This document shows, piece after piece, positions 27,090 through 35,972 of a stretch of 46,830 bases of DNA. Below the pieces are notes generated by a model that worked only from the letters and a program-made list of their open reading frames with translations, did not search any database and was not told where the DNA came from. The position numbers and the translations under genes were made by a program. Origin of the DNA: an uncultured Verrucomicrobiota bacterium (lineage in GTDB: Bacteria > Verrucomicrobiota > Kiritimatiellia > CAIQIC01 > Lenti-01); the NCBI GenBank assembly GCA_964567795.1, contig CAZMOR010000323.1:1-46830 (forward strand). The letters are read 5' to 3'. The stretch's first letter is position 1; each line of letters begins with the position of its first letter.

Positions 27090-27634
27090 GCGTGTATTTC
27101 AGTGTGCTGGCCGACCGGCTTCGGGCCGTATGGTGGCGTTGGCGGGGGGGCAAACTGGGATCAAAGGTCCGGATCGGTCCGCGCTGCCGCTGTTTCATTC
27201 CCGCCGGCATCGAGCTGGGGATGAGAGTCTGGCTGGAGGCGGATGTCTGGCTGAAACTGACCGCTCCTGATGCGCGGGTGATGGCCGGGGATTTCACCTT
27301 TTTCGGACGAAACTGCCACTTGAATGCCATCGACCGGATTGTGATCGGCTCCCACACCCTGTTTGGTCCCGGATGTGTCATCGTGGATCACAACCACGGC
27401 ATTCAGCCCGACCGGCGCATCGACGAACAGCCCTGCGAAGCCAAGCCGATCTGCATTGGCAGCGATGTGTGGTGCGGGGCCGGGGTTGTCATTTTGCCGG
27501 GCGTGACGATCGGCGATGGCGCCGTGATCGGCGCGCACTCCGTTGTGACTCGCGATATTCCCCCGATGATGGTGGCGGCGGGCAGTCCGGCGCGGATATT
27601 GCACCGGAGAGGCGAGAAGCGACAGGCCGGCTGA
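27086..27634 (+). CDS. Hexapeptide-repeat (LbH) O-acetyltransferase
   Basis: IGSHTLFGPGCVIVDHNH...ICIGSDVWCGAGVVILPGVTIGDGAVIGAHSVVTRDIPPMMVAAGSPAR. ATGA overlap at 27086. Confidence 0.85.
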   Translation: MSVYFSVLADRLRAVWWRWRGGKLGSKVRIGPRCRCFIPAGIELGMRVWLEADVWLKLTAPDARVMAGDFTFFGRNCHLNAIDRIVIGSHTLFGPGCVIVDHNHGIQPDRRIDEQPCEAKPICIGSDVWCGAGVVILPGVTIGDGAVIGAHSVVTRDIPPMMVAAGSPARILHRRGEKRQAG

Positions 27635-27675
27635 CAACCGGGGCCGGAGCCCGGGATGTCATTTTGTTCCAGCCC

Positions 27676-28713
27676 CTATGCCTGGCCGGCCGGTTGCAGC
27701 AATTCCGCGCGAACGGGAAGGTAATGGCGGCAGTCCACACACACATCGGGCAATTTGCCATCAAGAAAAGAGCACCGGATTTCGTGCAGGCGGCGCGAAT
27801 GCCAGACATCCTGCAGGGAGTCCGTGGCGGCATTCCCCAGATACAAATCGCTCCGGCCGGTCATGTCGCGGCAGGGGCAGGCCACCATGGTGCCATCGGG
27901 TTTGACTCCGATTCCGGCATACAACAGGTGGCAAGGCAAGGTCTTGGGGATTTCCGGACGTATGAACATGTATCCCGGGAGCTGGTCGTTTGTAATGCGG
28001 CCCGACCAGGTGTCGTAGAAAACTGGTCGGGAGATTCTGTAGCCCATCCGGCGCAAGCGGAGATATTGCGGCCGGAGGAAGGGCAGGACCGTGTCGGTTC
28101 GCAGGCTGATCTCCAGCTTGATCTTTTTAAATCCGGGCGAGGCCGGCAGCGCCAGGAGGTTGGCGAGAACCCGCGAGTAGGTGTCTGTCCGGAAAATCCG
28201 CTGGTATTCGCCGCGCGAAAATCCGGACATACTGATCACCAGATGGCTGAGTCCGGCCTGCACCAGCCGCTCGAACCTGTCCCGGGTGAGAAGAATGCCG
28301 TTGGTGAAGAGATAAATGGCGATGATGCGTTTCTGGCTGCGGGCATAAGCGATTTTCTCTTCCAGTCCGGGATCGATCAGGGCTTCGCCGACGGTGGGCG
28401 TCAGCGACAGGTCGCGGCCGCCCATGGCAACATATTGATCTACCAGCGACCGGAACAACGGGGAACTCATCTCCATGCGCGGGCTGGTGAAGGAGTTGTA
28501 GCCGCAAAAGACGCAGTTGGCATTGCAACGATTTGTCACTTCCGTGGTGATGAGCTGCGGCGGGCCGGCATGGCGCGGCAGCTGGCTGGGGGCCATGTGG
28601 TTGCGGGGGGTCATTTGCCGCCGATGGCGATATTGATGAGCCCGGTTCAGGCAGGCGTAGACCGATTTTTGAAAAAGACTTTTCACGGGGACATCACCGG
28701 ATTGCCGTTCCAT
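27676..28713 (-). CDS. Radical SAM enzyme with SPASM/twitch-like C-terminal region (second rSAM in the window; antisense to the operon)
   Basis: TNRCNANCVFCGY is a CX3CX2C motif (nt 28504-28527, minus strand). The C-terminal region has CHLLYAGIGVKPDGTMVAC (CX13GX4C), then PC, then CSFLDGKLPDVCVDCRHY. Start alternatives are ATGs at 28713, 28614 and 28596. The + strand 792-aa ORF covering this region is an artefact over its first ~478 codons. Confidence 0.8.
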   Translation of the reverse strand: MERQSGDVPVKSLFQKSVYACLNRAHQYRHRRQMTPRNHMAPSQLPRHAGPPQLITTEVTNRCNANCVFCGYNSFTSPRMEMSSPLFRSLVDQYVAMGGRDLSLTPTVGEALIDPGLEEKIAYARSQKRIIAIYLFTNGILLTRDRFERLVQAGLSHLVISMSGFSRGEYQRIFRTDTYSRVLANLLALPASPGFKKIKLEISLRTDTVLPFLRPQYLRLRRMGYRISRPVFYDTWSGRITNDQLPGYMFIRPEIPKTLPCHLLYAGIGVKPDGTMVACPCRDMTGRSDLYLGNAATDSLQDVWHSRRLHEIRCSFLDGKLPDVCVDCRHYLPVRAELLQPAGQA

Positions 28714-28806
28714 GCGACTTCAGTCAATAGTATCGGGGACCCGGGGGGATACAACCTGGAAATACCGGGACTGGCACTCTGGCCGGAAAAACCCTATATA
28801 TTCACC

Positions 28807-29751
28807 ATGCAACAGGAAGCGGCCATAATTCCTGAGCCGGACGCTGCGGGGGTTACCGTGGCGATCCCCACCTACCGGCGGGGGGCGGTTTTGCTGCGCA
28901 CGCTGAACCTGGTGTTTCGCCTCGTTCCCGCGCCCGGTGAAGTGATCGTCATGGACCAGACGGAACAGCATCCGCCCGAGGTCGAAAGCGAATTGCAAAG
29001 CCTGGCAGACGCCGGCCGCATTCGATGGCTGCGCTTTTCGCCGCCGTCCATCCCGCGAGCCATGAACATCGGTCTCCGGCAGGCGCGGAATGCCATCGTA
29101 TTATTCCTCGATGATGATGTTGAGCCTGTTTCCGGACTGGTAGGTGCTCATGCCGCCCGCTATCGCGAGGGTTGCACCGCGGTGTGCGGCCAGGTCCTGC
29201 AGCCGGGAGAAAGTCCCGACCCGGCGGTGAATCAAAAGGCGCGCCGGCACGGCTTGCGCGCCGACCTGGATTTCCGCTTTTGCGGAACCCGCGAAGATCG
29301 TCTCGCCAGCGTGATTTCGTGCAATCTGTCTGTTGTGCGGGACCAAGCTCTGGCGATTGGCGGTTTTGATGAACAGTTCATCGGTTCCGCCTATCGGTAT
29401 GAAACGGATTTTGCCCGGCGTCTGCTGGCGAGTGGAAATTGGATCCGGTTCGCCCCGGAAGCTGTGGTTCGACATTTGCGGTTGACCTCCGGTGGAACGC
29501 GGAGCCAAGGCGACCATCTGGCGCAGCCTTCGCCGCTGCACGCCGTGGGCGATTACTATTTTGCCCTGTGTCACGCGGGGGGCATGGAACGCTGGAGTTA
29601 TATCCTTCGCCGGCCCATCCGGGAGGTCTGCAATCGTTTTCACGTCCGCCGGCCGTGGCGGATTCCCGGCCGGATCGCCATCGAGCTGCGGGCCTTGGGC
29701 ATGGCGCTTCGGCTGCATCGGCAGGGACCCAAGCGGGAGGGTGCGCCATGA
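28807..29751 (+). CDS. Glycosyltransferase family 2
   Basis: VTVAIPTYRRGAVLLRTLNLV...VIVMDQTE...IVLFLDDDVEP. The ATG at 28807 is in frame with, but well inside, the 27373-29751 ORF of the track. Confidence 0.8.
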   Translation: MQQEAAIIPEPDAAGVTVAIPTYRRGAVLLRTLNLVFRLVPAPGEVIVMDQTEQHPPEVESELQSLADAGRIRWLRFSPPSIPRAMNIGLRQARNAIVLFLDDDVEPVSGLVGAHAARYREGCTAVCGQVLQPGESPDPAVNQKARRHGLRADLDFRFCGTREDRLASVISCNLSVVRDQALAIGGFDEQFIGSAYRYETDFARRLLASGNWIRFAPEAVVRHLRLTSGGTRSQGDHLAQPSPLHAVGDYYFALCHAGGMERWSYILRRPIREVCNRFHVRRPWRIPGRIAIELRALGMALRLHRQGPKREGAP

Positions 29752-30959
29752 ACCCGGTGCCGCGGCGGCTTTTTGCGGTGGAAACCCATCCGATCCAATA
29801 CAAGGCGCCGTTGTTTCGCCGGCTGGCGGCGGATCCACGGATCGACCTGACGGTGCTGTATGCGATGCTTCCGGATGCGGCGCAGCAGGGAGCGGGATTC
29901 GGCGTTTCGTTTGCCTGGGATGTGCCGCTGCTGGATGGCTACCGCTATGAAGTCATGGAAAACCGTTCGGCCCGGCCGTCGGCAACGACGTTTTCCGGAT
30001 GTGATACGCCAGGCCTGTTCCGGCGCTTGCAGCAGGAGCGGCCAGACGCGGTATTGGTGAATGGCTGGGTGGCCAAAACCTGCCTGCAAGCGTTGTGGGC
30101 CTGCCGGCGTCTGGGCATTTCCTGCCTCGTGCGAGGCGAGGCGAACCGGTTGCGTCCGCGCGCCGCCTGGAAAGAGATCCTGCACGGCTTGTTGCTGCGG
30201 CAGTACACCGCTTATCTTGCCATCGGCAGTGCCAACCGCGACTTTTATCGTCACCATCACTGCCGGGAAGACCGGATTTTCTGGTCGCCCTATGCCGTGG
30301 ACAACGAGTATTTCGCCGGCCAGGCGGCCCGGCGGACGGACCGCCGGGCGGAAATCCGCGCGGCGGTCGGCATTCCGCATGGAGCTTGTGTATTCCTGTT
30401 TGTGGGCAAGCTGGAGTCGAAGAAACATCCCGGCGATTTGCTGGCGGCGGTGGCGCTGCTTCCGGAGGAGTTGCGTGCGCGCAGCCATGTATTGGTGGCG
30501 GGAGACGGCGAATTGCGGAATGCTTGCGAAACATTGGCGCGCGACCGCAACCTGGCCGTCACCTTTGCCGGGTTCCTGAACCAGACCCAGTTGCCGGATG
30601 CCTACGCCGCCGCCGACGTGCTGGTATTGCCCTCCGATGCGGGTGAAACGTGGGGACTGGTGGTGAACGAAGCCATGGCTTCCGGGCTCCCCGCCGTGGT
30701 TTCCCGCCTGGCCGGTTGCCGGGCCGATCTGATTGTGGAAGGACAAACGGGATATTCTTTCGCGGCCGGCGATGTATCCGGCCTGGCGCAGGTGTTGAGC
30801 GGCTATCTGCGGGAACCCGGCCGGGCGCGCTCGCAGGGGGAGGCGGCCCGGAAATTCATTCAGGAATTCAGCCACCAACGCGCGGCGGATGGCATCGTCG
30901 CGGCCGTTCAAGCCTGTACCCCGCAAGATCGGGAATGCGGGAGGATGTCCCGATGTTGA
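29748..30959 (+). CDS. Glycosyltransferase family 4 (GT-B, GT1-type fold)
   Basis: FLFVGKLESKKHPGDLL...VLVLPSDAGETWGLVVNEAMASGLPAVVS is an EX7E-type motif. ATGA overlap at 29748. Confidence 0.85.
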   Translation: MNPVPRRLFAVETHPIQYKAPLFRRLAADPRIDLTVLYAMLPDAAQQGAGFGVSFAWDVPLLDGYRYEVMENRSARPSATTFSGCDTPGLFRRLQQERPDAVLVNGWVAKTCLQALWACRRLGISCLVRGEANRLRPRAAWKEILHGLLLRQYTAYLAIGSANRDFYRHHHCREDRIFWSPYAVDNEYFAGQAARRTDRRAEIRAAVGIPHGACVFLFVGKLESKKHPGDLLAAVALLPEELRARSHVLVAGDGELRNACETLARDRNLAVTFAGFLNQTQLPDAYAAADVLVLPSDAGETWGLVVNEAMASGLPAVVSRLAGCRADLIVEGQTGYSFAAGDVSGLAQVLSGYLREPGRARSQGEAARKFIQEFSHQRAADGIVAAVQACTPQDRECGRMSRC

Positions 30960-32305
30960 TGCTGGCCGGCATTTTGATTGGCGTGGCATGCGTGGTGGCG
31001 CTGTTCAATTGGCGCTGGGGTATTGCGGCGGCCATCCTGGTGGGCTTGCTGCAGGATCCCCTGCGAAAAATGATCCCGGGCACTCCGGGTTTTCTCGCCA
31101 TGGCCTCGGCCCCCGTATGGCTGGTGATCATGCTCTCCGCCCTGTATTCGCGTCAGCTGCTGATCCAGAAGTTCCTGGATTGTTTCCCCCGCATGGGCCG
31201 ATGGACTCTGTGGGTATTGGCCTATATGGCGATTCCGGCCGTGTTGTCCGCCAGTTATGGGCAGAATACCTGGATGATCACCTTGCTCGGCGGATTTGTG
31301 TACATCACGATGTTTCTGGCTTTGGTGGCTGGGTTCCGGTATCCCGGCCCGCGCCGTCCAGCGGCCGGCATTCTGAGCTTTTACGCCGTGGCGGCAGCGG
31401 TGATGCTGATCGGAGGACCATTGGAAGCATGGGGCTGGAGCGACCGGTTTGCTGCCATCGGCACCGAGGCTCTCGGGCATGTTTGGGTGACGCACCGCAC
31501 CGGCACGGCGGTCCACATGCTCGCCGGATTCTTCCGGGGGCCGGATGTGATGGGCTGGCATGCCACGCTGGTGCTGATGATCTGCGCCATCATGGCCTTC
31601 CGGTCCCGCGGCCCGGCCCGGGCCGCCTGGATCGTCCTGGCGGTGTGGGGCGCGCTGAATATCTGGCTGTGCGGCCGCCGCAAGATGCTCTCCATGATAC
31701 CGGTATTTCTCGGCTGCTATCTATTCCTGCTTTTCCGTTTCAAGGACGCCCGCCGGCTTGTTTCCATCTTAGGTACCGTGCTGATGATCGGCGGTTTGGG
31801 CTGGTACCTGATTTCATCGCTGTTCCGCGATGCGGGGGTGGAGGCGTTCTACCTGACCGCCTTCACCCAGGCTGAGGCGCAGATCCAGCACCACGGGATC
31901 GATGCCGTCGCGAGCACCGTGAAACAGGCGGGATTCTGGGGGTATGGTCTGGGCATGTCGCAGCAGGGCATCCATCATATCGCGGCCGATAAACCGGAAG
32001 TGTGGCAGGAAAGTGGACCAGGAAAGCTGGTCGCGGAATTCGGCGTTCCCGGCTCCGTATTGATTCTGATCCTGGGGGTGGTATTTGCCAGAACGGCTTT
32101 TTGCGTGGTTCAACTCAGCCGGAAAGAGGATTCGTTCTATATCACAGCGGGCATCTTTTCCATGCTGGCGGCCAATTTGACCTCCGCCGTGGTTTCCGCG
32201 CAGATTTTCGGGGACCCGTTCATTTCTCTTTTCCTGGCTTTCATGGCCGGGTTGCTGTTGTCCGCGGTTCGTTTCACGGCAATGCCTGCCGGGGAGGGCG
32301 GATGA
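30953..32305 (+). CDS. Polytopic membrane protein, O-antigen polymerase (Wzy)-like
   Basis: There are about 10-12 hydrophobic segments. A loop with GFWGYGLGMSQQGIHH...ESGPGKLVAEFGVPG resembles Wzy/O-antigen-ligase family loops. It is embedded among GTs and overlaps the upstream gene by 7 nt. Confidence 0.55.
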   Translation: MLMLAGILIGVACVVALFNWRWGIAAAILVGLLQDPLRKMIPGTPGFLAMASAPVWLVIMLSALYSRQLLIQKFLDCFPRMGRWTLWVLAYMAIPAVLSASYGQNTWMITLLGGFVYITMFLALVAGFRYPGPRRPAAGILSFYAVAAAVMLIGGPLEAWGWSDRFAAIGTEALGHVWVTHRTGTAVHMLAGFFRGPDVMGWHATLVLMICAIMAFRSRGPARAAWIVLAVWGALNIWLCGRRKMLSMIPVFLGCYLFLLFRFKDARRLVSILGTVLMIGGLGWYLISSLFRDAGVEAFYLTAFTQAEAQIQHHGIDAVASTVKQAGFWGYGLGMSQQGIHHIAADKPEVWQESGPGKLVAEFGVPGSVLILILGVVFARTAFCVVQLSRKEDSFYITAGIFSMLAANLTSAVVSAQIFGDPFISLFLAFMAGLLLSAVRFTAMPAGEGG

Positions 32306-33372
32306 AACGGTTGGTTTGGGTGCGCACGGCGCCGCCGGATTGGCCCGGCAGCATGACGGCCTTTGCCGAACTGGTTAGCCGCGCGGCCGGGGTTTCCGCG
32401 GGCTGGGAATTCACGACCTGCGATCTGTTTGATCCGCGCGGGGGCGGCGCCATGTGGCGGCATCACGTGTGGCGCGGGTGCCATGGGCGCCGCGAATTGG
32501 CCCGGCATCCGGCCGATTTATACCACTGGCTGGACGGTTCCATGGCGGCCTTTATCCCGGATTCGCTGCTGGGCCGGAGTCTGGTCACGGTTCATGATTT
32601 GATCCCGCTGCTGCAGGGGCGCGGGCAATTGCCCGGCCGACCCAGCCTGCCCGCATCCGTGCTGATTCGCCGCGGCGTGCGGGCATTGCGCGGTTGCGCC
32701 GGCTTGAGTGTCGATTCCCGGGCGACTGGCCGGGACCTGGCGCGCTGGGCCGGGATCGCGGTTCCGCCGGTGGTCATTCCGGTTCCGGTACGGGAATTTC
32801 CGGAAGCCCGGCCGGTTCCGGGGATGAAGGATTGGGGGCGGTTCATCCTGCATGTCGGCAACAACGCAACCTACAAAAACAGGGCGGGAGTGCTGAGGGT
32901 GTTTGCGCATCTGCAGGATATCCCGGATCTGCATCTGGTCATGGCGGGACCGGAGCCTGTCCGCCCGTTGCGGGGCATCGCGGCCGGATTGCAGCGGGTC
33001 CACTTCATCGGCCCGGTTGCGGATGCGCAGTTGGGCGGTCTTTACCGGCGGGCGGCCGTGTTCCTGTTCCCCAGCCATTATGAAGGCTATGGCATGCCCG
33101 TGCTGGAAGCCATGGCGGCCGGCTGTCCCGTGGTGTGTTCGACGGCGGAAGCCTTGCTGGAAGTGGCGGGCGATGCCGCCCTCCCGGCACCGGCGGACGA
33201 ACCGGCCGCTTTGGCGGCAGCGTGCCGCCGTCTTTTGACGGAGGAACCGTTGCGCCGCGAAATCATCGCCCGCGGCCAGGCGCGCGCCGCCACTTTTGAC
33301 ATTGCCTCCATGGGGCGATCCCTGTTGAATTGGTATGAACAAGCGCTGGAGCAGAAGGAGTCCCATGGCTGA
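32302..33372 (+). CDS. Glycosyltransferase family 4
   Basis: LYRRAAVFLFPSHYEGYGMPVLEAMAAGCPVVCS. ATGA overlap at 32302. Confidence 0.85.
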   Translation: MKRLVWVRTAPPDWPGSMTAFAELVSRAAGVSAGWEFTTCDLFDPRGGGAMWRHHVWRGCHGRRELARHPADLYHWLDGSMAAFIPDSLLGRSLVTVHDLIPLLQGRGQLPGRPSLPASVLIRRGVRALRGCAGLSVDSRATGRDLARWAGIAVPPVVIPVPVREFPEARPVPGMKDWGRFILHVGNNATYKNRAGVLRVFAHLQDIPDLHLVMAGPEPVRPLRGIAAGLQRVHFIGPVADAQLGGLYRRAAVFLFPSHYEGYGMPVLEAMAAGCPVVCSTAEALLEVAGDAALPAPADEPAALAAACRRLLTEEPLRREIIARGQARAATFDIASMGRSLLNWYEQALEQKESHG

Positions 33373-33940
33373 TCCGAACTCTTCCCGAATCCGGGTGGAC
33401 CGCGCATCCTGTCCCAGTTCCCATTCGGCCGCCAACAAGCTGGCGCGGCTGCTTTGGCAGGTGGCCTGGCTGCTGCTGTTCAGGCCGGTTCCGTGGTTCT
33501 GGCATGCGCCCCGGCGTCTGGTGCTGCGGATGTTCGGGGCCACGGTGGGGCCGGGGGTGCAAATCATGCCGTCCGTCCGGATCTGGGCGCCCTGGAATCT
33601 GACGCTGGACTCATGCGCCACCGTCAGCCACGGCGTTGACCTGTACGATGTGGATACCATTGTGATCGGCGCGCATGCCACCATCAGCCAGCGCGCGTTT
33701 CTATGCACGGCCACGCACGACATCGACCATCCGAACATGCCGCTGCGCATCGCCCCCGTTCGCATCGGCGCCGGCGCCTGGATTTGTGCGGAAGCGTATG
33801 TGCATCCGGGCGTGACGGTCGGGACCGATGCCGTGGCCGGCGTGCGCTCGGTCGTGTTGCACGACGTGCCGGCCCGGCACGTCGTGGGGGGAAATCCGGC
33901 CCGCTTTCTCCGGGAGCGACAGGTGGAGGAGTCCTCCTAG
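33365..33940 (+). CDS. WcaF-like hexapeptide acetyltransferase
   Basis: LARLLWQVAWLLLFRPVPWFWHAPRRLVLRMFGATVG..V.I.PSVRIWAPWNLTLD...IGAHATISQRAFLCTATHD...PVRIGAGAWICAEAYVHPGVTVG matches the colanic-acid WcaF-type pattern as I remember it. Confidence 0.8.
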   Translation: MADPNSSRIRVDRASCPSSHSAANKLARLLWQVAWLLLFRPVPWFWHAPRRLVLRMFGATVGPGVQIMPSVRIWAPWNLTLDSCATVSHGVDLYDVDTIVIGAHATISQRAFLCTATHDIDHPNMPLRIAPVRIGAGAWICAEAYVHPGVTVGTDAVAGVRSVVLHDVPARHVVGGNPARFLRERQVEESS

Positions 33941-33942
33941 GC

Positions 33943-34767
33943 ATGTCGGAACGGCTGCCCATTTCCGTGGTCGTGCTGGCGCACAACGAAGCCGCCAATC
34001 TACCGCGCTGCCTGCGGGCCCTGCGCGATTTCGCGGAAGTGGTCGTGGTGGATGATGGCAGCACCGATGACAGCCGGCGGATCGCCGCCGGGTGCGGCGC
34101 CCGGGTGGCGGAGCATGCCTTCAGCTCGTTTGCCGACCAGCGCAACTGGGCGATGGATTCCGCCGGATTGAAACACGGTTGGGTGCTGCATCTGGATGCG
34201 GATGAGGTCATGACGCCTGCCGCCGTGGCGGAATTCCGCCGCCGGCTGCCGGCCCTGGCCACGGGCGCCGCCGGCTATCTGGCGCGTAAAGTGATGCTGG
34301 GGGAGAAATGGCTGCGTTTCAGCGCGGACTACCCGGTGTACGTGCCCCGCTTCATCCACTGCCAGGGGCCGCGCTACACCATGCGGGGGCATGGCGAAGT
34401 GTTGGCGGCCGCACCCGCGGATTCCGTGTATTTTCAAGAGCCGATGCTGCACTACAACTTTTCAAAAGGCTGGGAGGACTGGCAGGCGCGGCACCGGCGC
34501 TACGCCGCCGCCGAAGCGGCCCGCATTCGCGCCGGCGGGCACGTTCGGGTCGGGCGCCAGCTGCTGGCCCGGGATCCGGCGACGCGCCGGGCCGCCTGGC
34601 GGAGCTTGTCGTATCGCCTGCCGGGCCGGCCGGTCCTGCGTTTCCTTTACGCCTATGTGCTGCGGTTGGGAATGCTGGATGGCGTGGCGGGGCTGCGGTT
34701 TTCCCTGGCCATGGCGAGGTACGAACGCATGATCGACGAGGCCTTGCGGAAACCGCCGGAAGCCTGA
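33943..34767 (+). CDS. Glycosyltransferase family 2
   Basis: ISVVVLAHNEAANLPRCLRALRDFAEVVVVDDGSTDDS...HLDADE. Confidence 0.8.
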   Translation: MSERLPISVVVLAHNEAANLPRCLRALRDFAEVVVVDDGSTDDSRRIAAGCGARVAEHAFSSFADQRNWAMDSAGLKHGWVLHLDADEVMTPAAVAEFRRRLPALATGAAGYLARKVMLGEKWLRFSADYPVYVPRFIHCQGPRYTMRGHGEVLAAAPADSVYFQEPMLHYNFSKGWEDWQARHRRYAAAEAARIRAGGHVRVGRQLLARDPATRRAAWRSLSYRLPGRPVLRFLYAYVLRLGMLDGVAGLRFSLAMARYERMIDEALRKPPEA

Positions 34768-34772
34768 AAGCC

Positions 34773-35972
34773 ATGCGTTTTGTGCTGCTCAACCAGTTTT
34801 TCCCGCCCGCACAGGCGCCGACCGGGCGGTTGCTGGGCGATTTGGCCGGAATGCTGGCGGCGCGCGGCCATGCGGTGGTTGTCATTACCTCCGCGGCCGG
34901 CTATGGCGCGGAAAATGGCCCGGCGGAACGGCCGTTGGCCGGGGTCCAGGTGATCCGTACCGGTTGTCCCGATCGGCACGGGCACAACCTGGGCGGGAAA
35001 TTCGGGGACTATCTTGCGTTTTTCAGGGGCGCCTGGCGGGAACTGCGCCGGCTTGAAAAACCGGATGCGCTGGTATGCATGACCACGCCGCCTTTCCTCG
35101 GGCTGCTTGGAGCGCATTTGCGGAAAACCTGCGGGCCGCCGTATTTTCTCTGGTGCATGGATCTGTATCCGGAAGCCATGGTTGCCCACGGCGTGCTGAA
35201 TGCCTGGAATCCCCTGGCGGTGCTTCTGCGCCGGCTGGCGCGCACCGAGCGCGGCCGTGCCGCGGCCGTGATCGCCCTCGGGCCGGACATGGCGGCCCGG
35301 CTGCGGGATTCCGGAGCCGGCCGCATCGTGGAAGTGCCGGTGTGGAGCGGACTGCAGCCGCTGCCGGCACACAGCGGCAGGATCCGGGAGTATCGCCGCG
35401 CATGCGGCTGGGCGGATGAAGACCTCGTCTTTTTGTACAGCGGCAACATGGGGCGGGCCCATTGCGCGGCGGATTTCGCGGCTTTGGCGGAATCCTTGCG
35501 CGGGCGGCAGCCGCGCTGCCGGTTTGTTTTCGCCGGGGCGGGGCCGGCGCGTTCAGACTGGGAACGCCAATGGGGCGGTTTGTTTGAGTTCCGCCCGCCG
35601 GCGGCGGAGGAAACCTGCGCTGTGCACCTGCAAGCGGCGGATGTGCATCTGGTTTCCCAGCGGCCGGAATGGACCGGGGTGGTGGTGCCGAGCAAGTTCC
35701 AGGCCGCCTGCGCCCTGGGCCGGCCGGTGGTTTATGCCGGCGCGCCGCAAAGCGCGGTCGGGAACTGGTTGCAGCGCGCGGATTGCGGGTGGCTCCTGGC
35801 CCCCGGCGACCGGGGGGGCATTGAATCCGCGGCCCGGGATCTGCTCGATCCGCGCCAACGGGAAGAGAAAGGCCGGCGGGCGTTCCGGCTGTACGAGGAA
35901 ATGTTCACGCCGGCCCGGAATTGTGATAAGGTTGCCAACTTGGCGGAAGAAGTCGCACAGGCCAATCCATGA
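34773..35972 (+). CDS. Glycosyltransferase family 4 (WcaI-like)
   Basis: MRFVLLNQFFPPAQAPTGRLLGDLAGMLAARGHAVVVIT is a WcaI-type N-terminus. The C-terminal half is GT-B-like. Confidence 0.75.
   Translation: MRFVLLNQFFPPAQAPTGRLLGDLAGMLAARGHAVVVITSAAGYGAENGPAERPLAGVQVIRTGCPDRHGHNLGGKFGDYLAFFRGAWRELRRLEKPDALVCMTTPPFLGLLGAHLRKTCGPPYFLWCMDLYPEAMVAHGVLNAWNPLAVLLRRLARTERGRAAAVIALGPDMAARLRDSGAGRIVEVPVWSGLQPLPAHSGRIREYRRACGWADEDLVFLYSGNMGRAHCAADFAALAESLRGRQPRCRFVFAGAGPARSDWERQWGGLFEFRPPAAEETCAVHLQAADVHLVSQRPEWTGVVVPSKFQAACALGRPVVYAGAPQSAVGNWLQRADCGWLLAPGDRGGIESAARDLLDPRQREEKGRRAFRLYEEMFTPARNCDKVANLAEEVAQANP

Noticed and set aside
27635-27675. Intrinsic terminator between the acetyltransferase and the convergent rSAM gene
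   Set aside because: Only a 5-bp stem (CCGGG/CCCGG, 7-nt loop) is present. It is followed after a gap by an interrupted T-run (attttgtt). This is too weak to call as a feature and is mentioned only in the context of possible read-through.
28772-28787. Sigma-54-like -24 element (TGGCAC) in the divergent intergenic region between the antisense rSAM gene and the GT2 gene
   Set aside because: The expected -12 TTGC[AT] element after 5 nt is absent; the sequence reads TGGCAC-tctgg-CCGGA. A lone TGGCAC is not sufficient.
27373-29751. A 792-aa + strand ORF spanning the acetyltransferase 3-prime end, the antisense rSAM gene and the GT2 gene
   Set aside because: Only the last ~315 codons (from the ATG at 28807) look like a protein, namely a GT2. 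The first ~478 codons are low-complexity Arg/Gly/Ala/His-rich translation of the strand opposite a gene with clear radical SAM motifs. This is a typical high-GC open-frame artefact.
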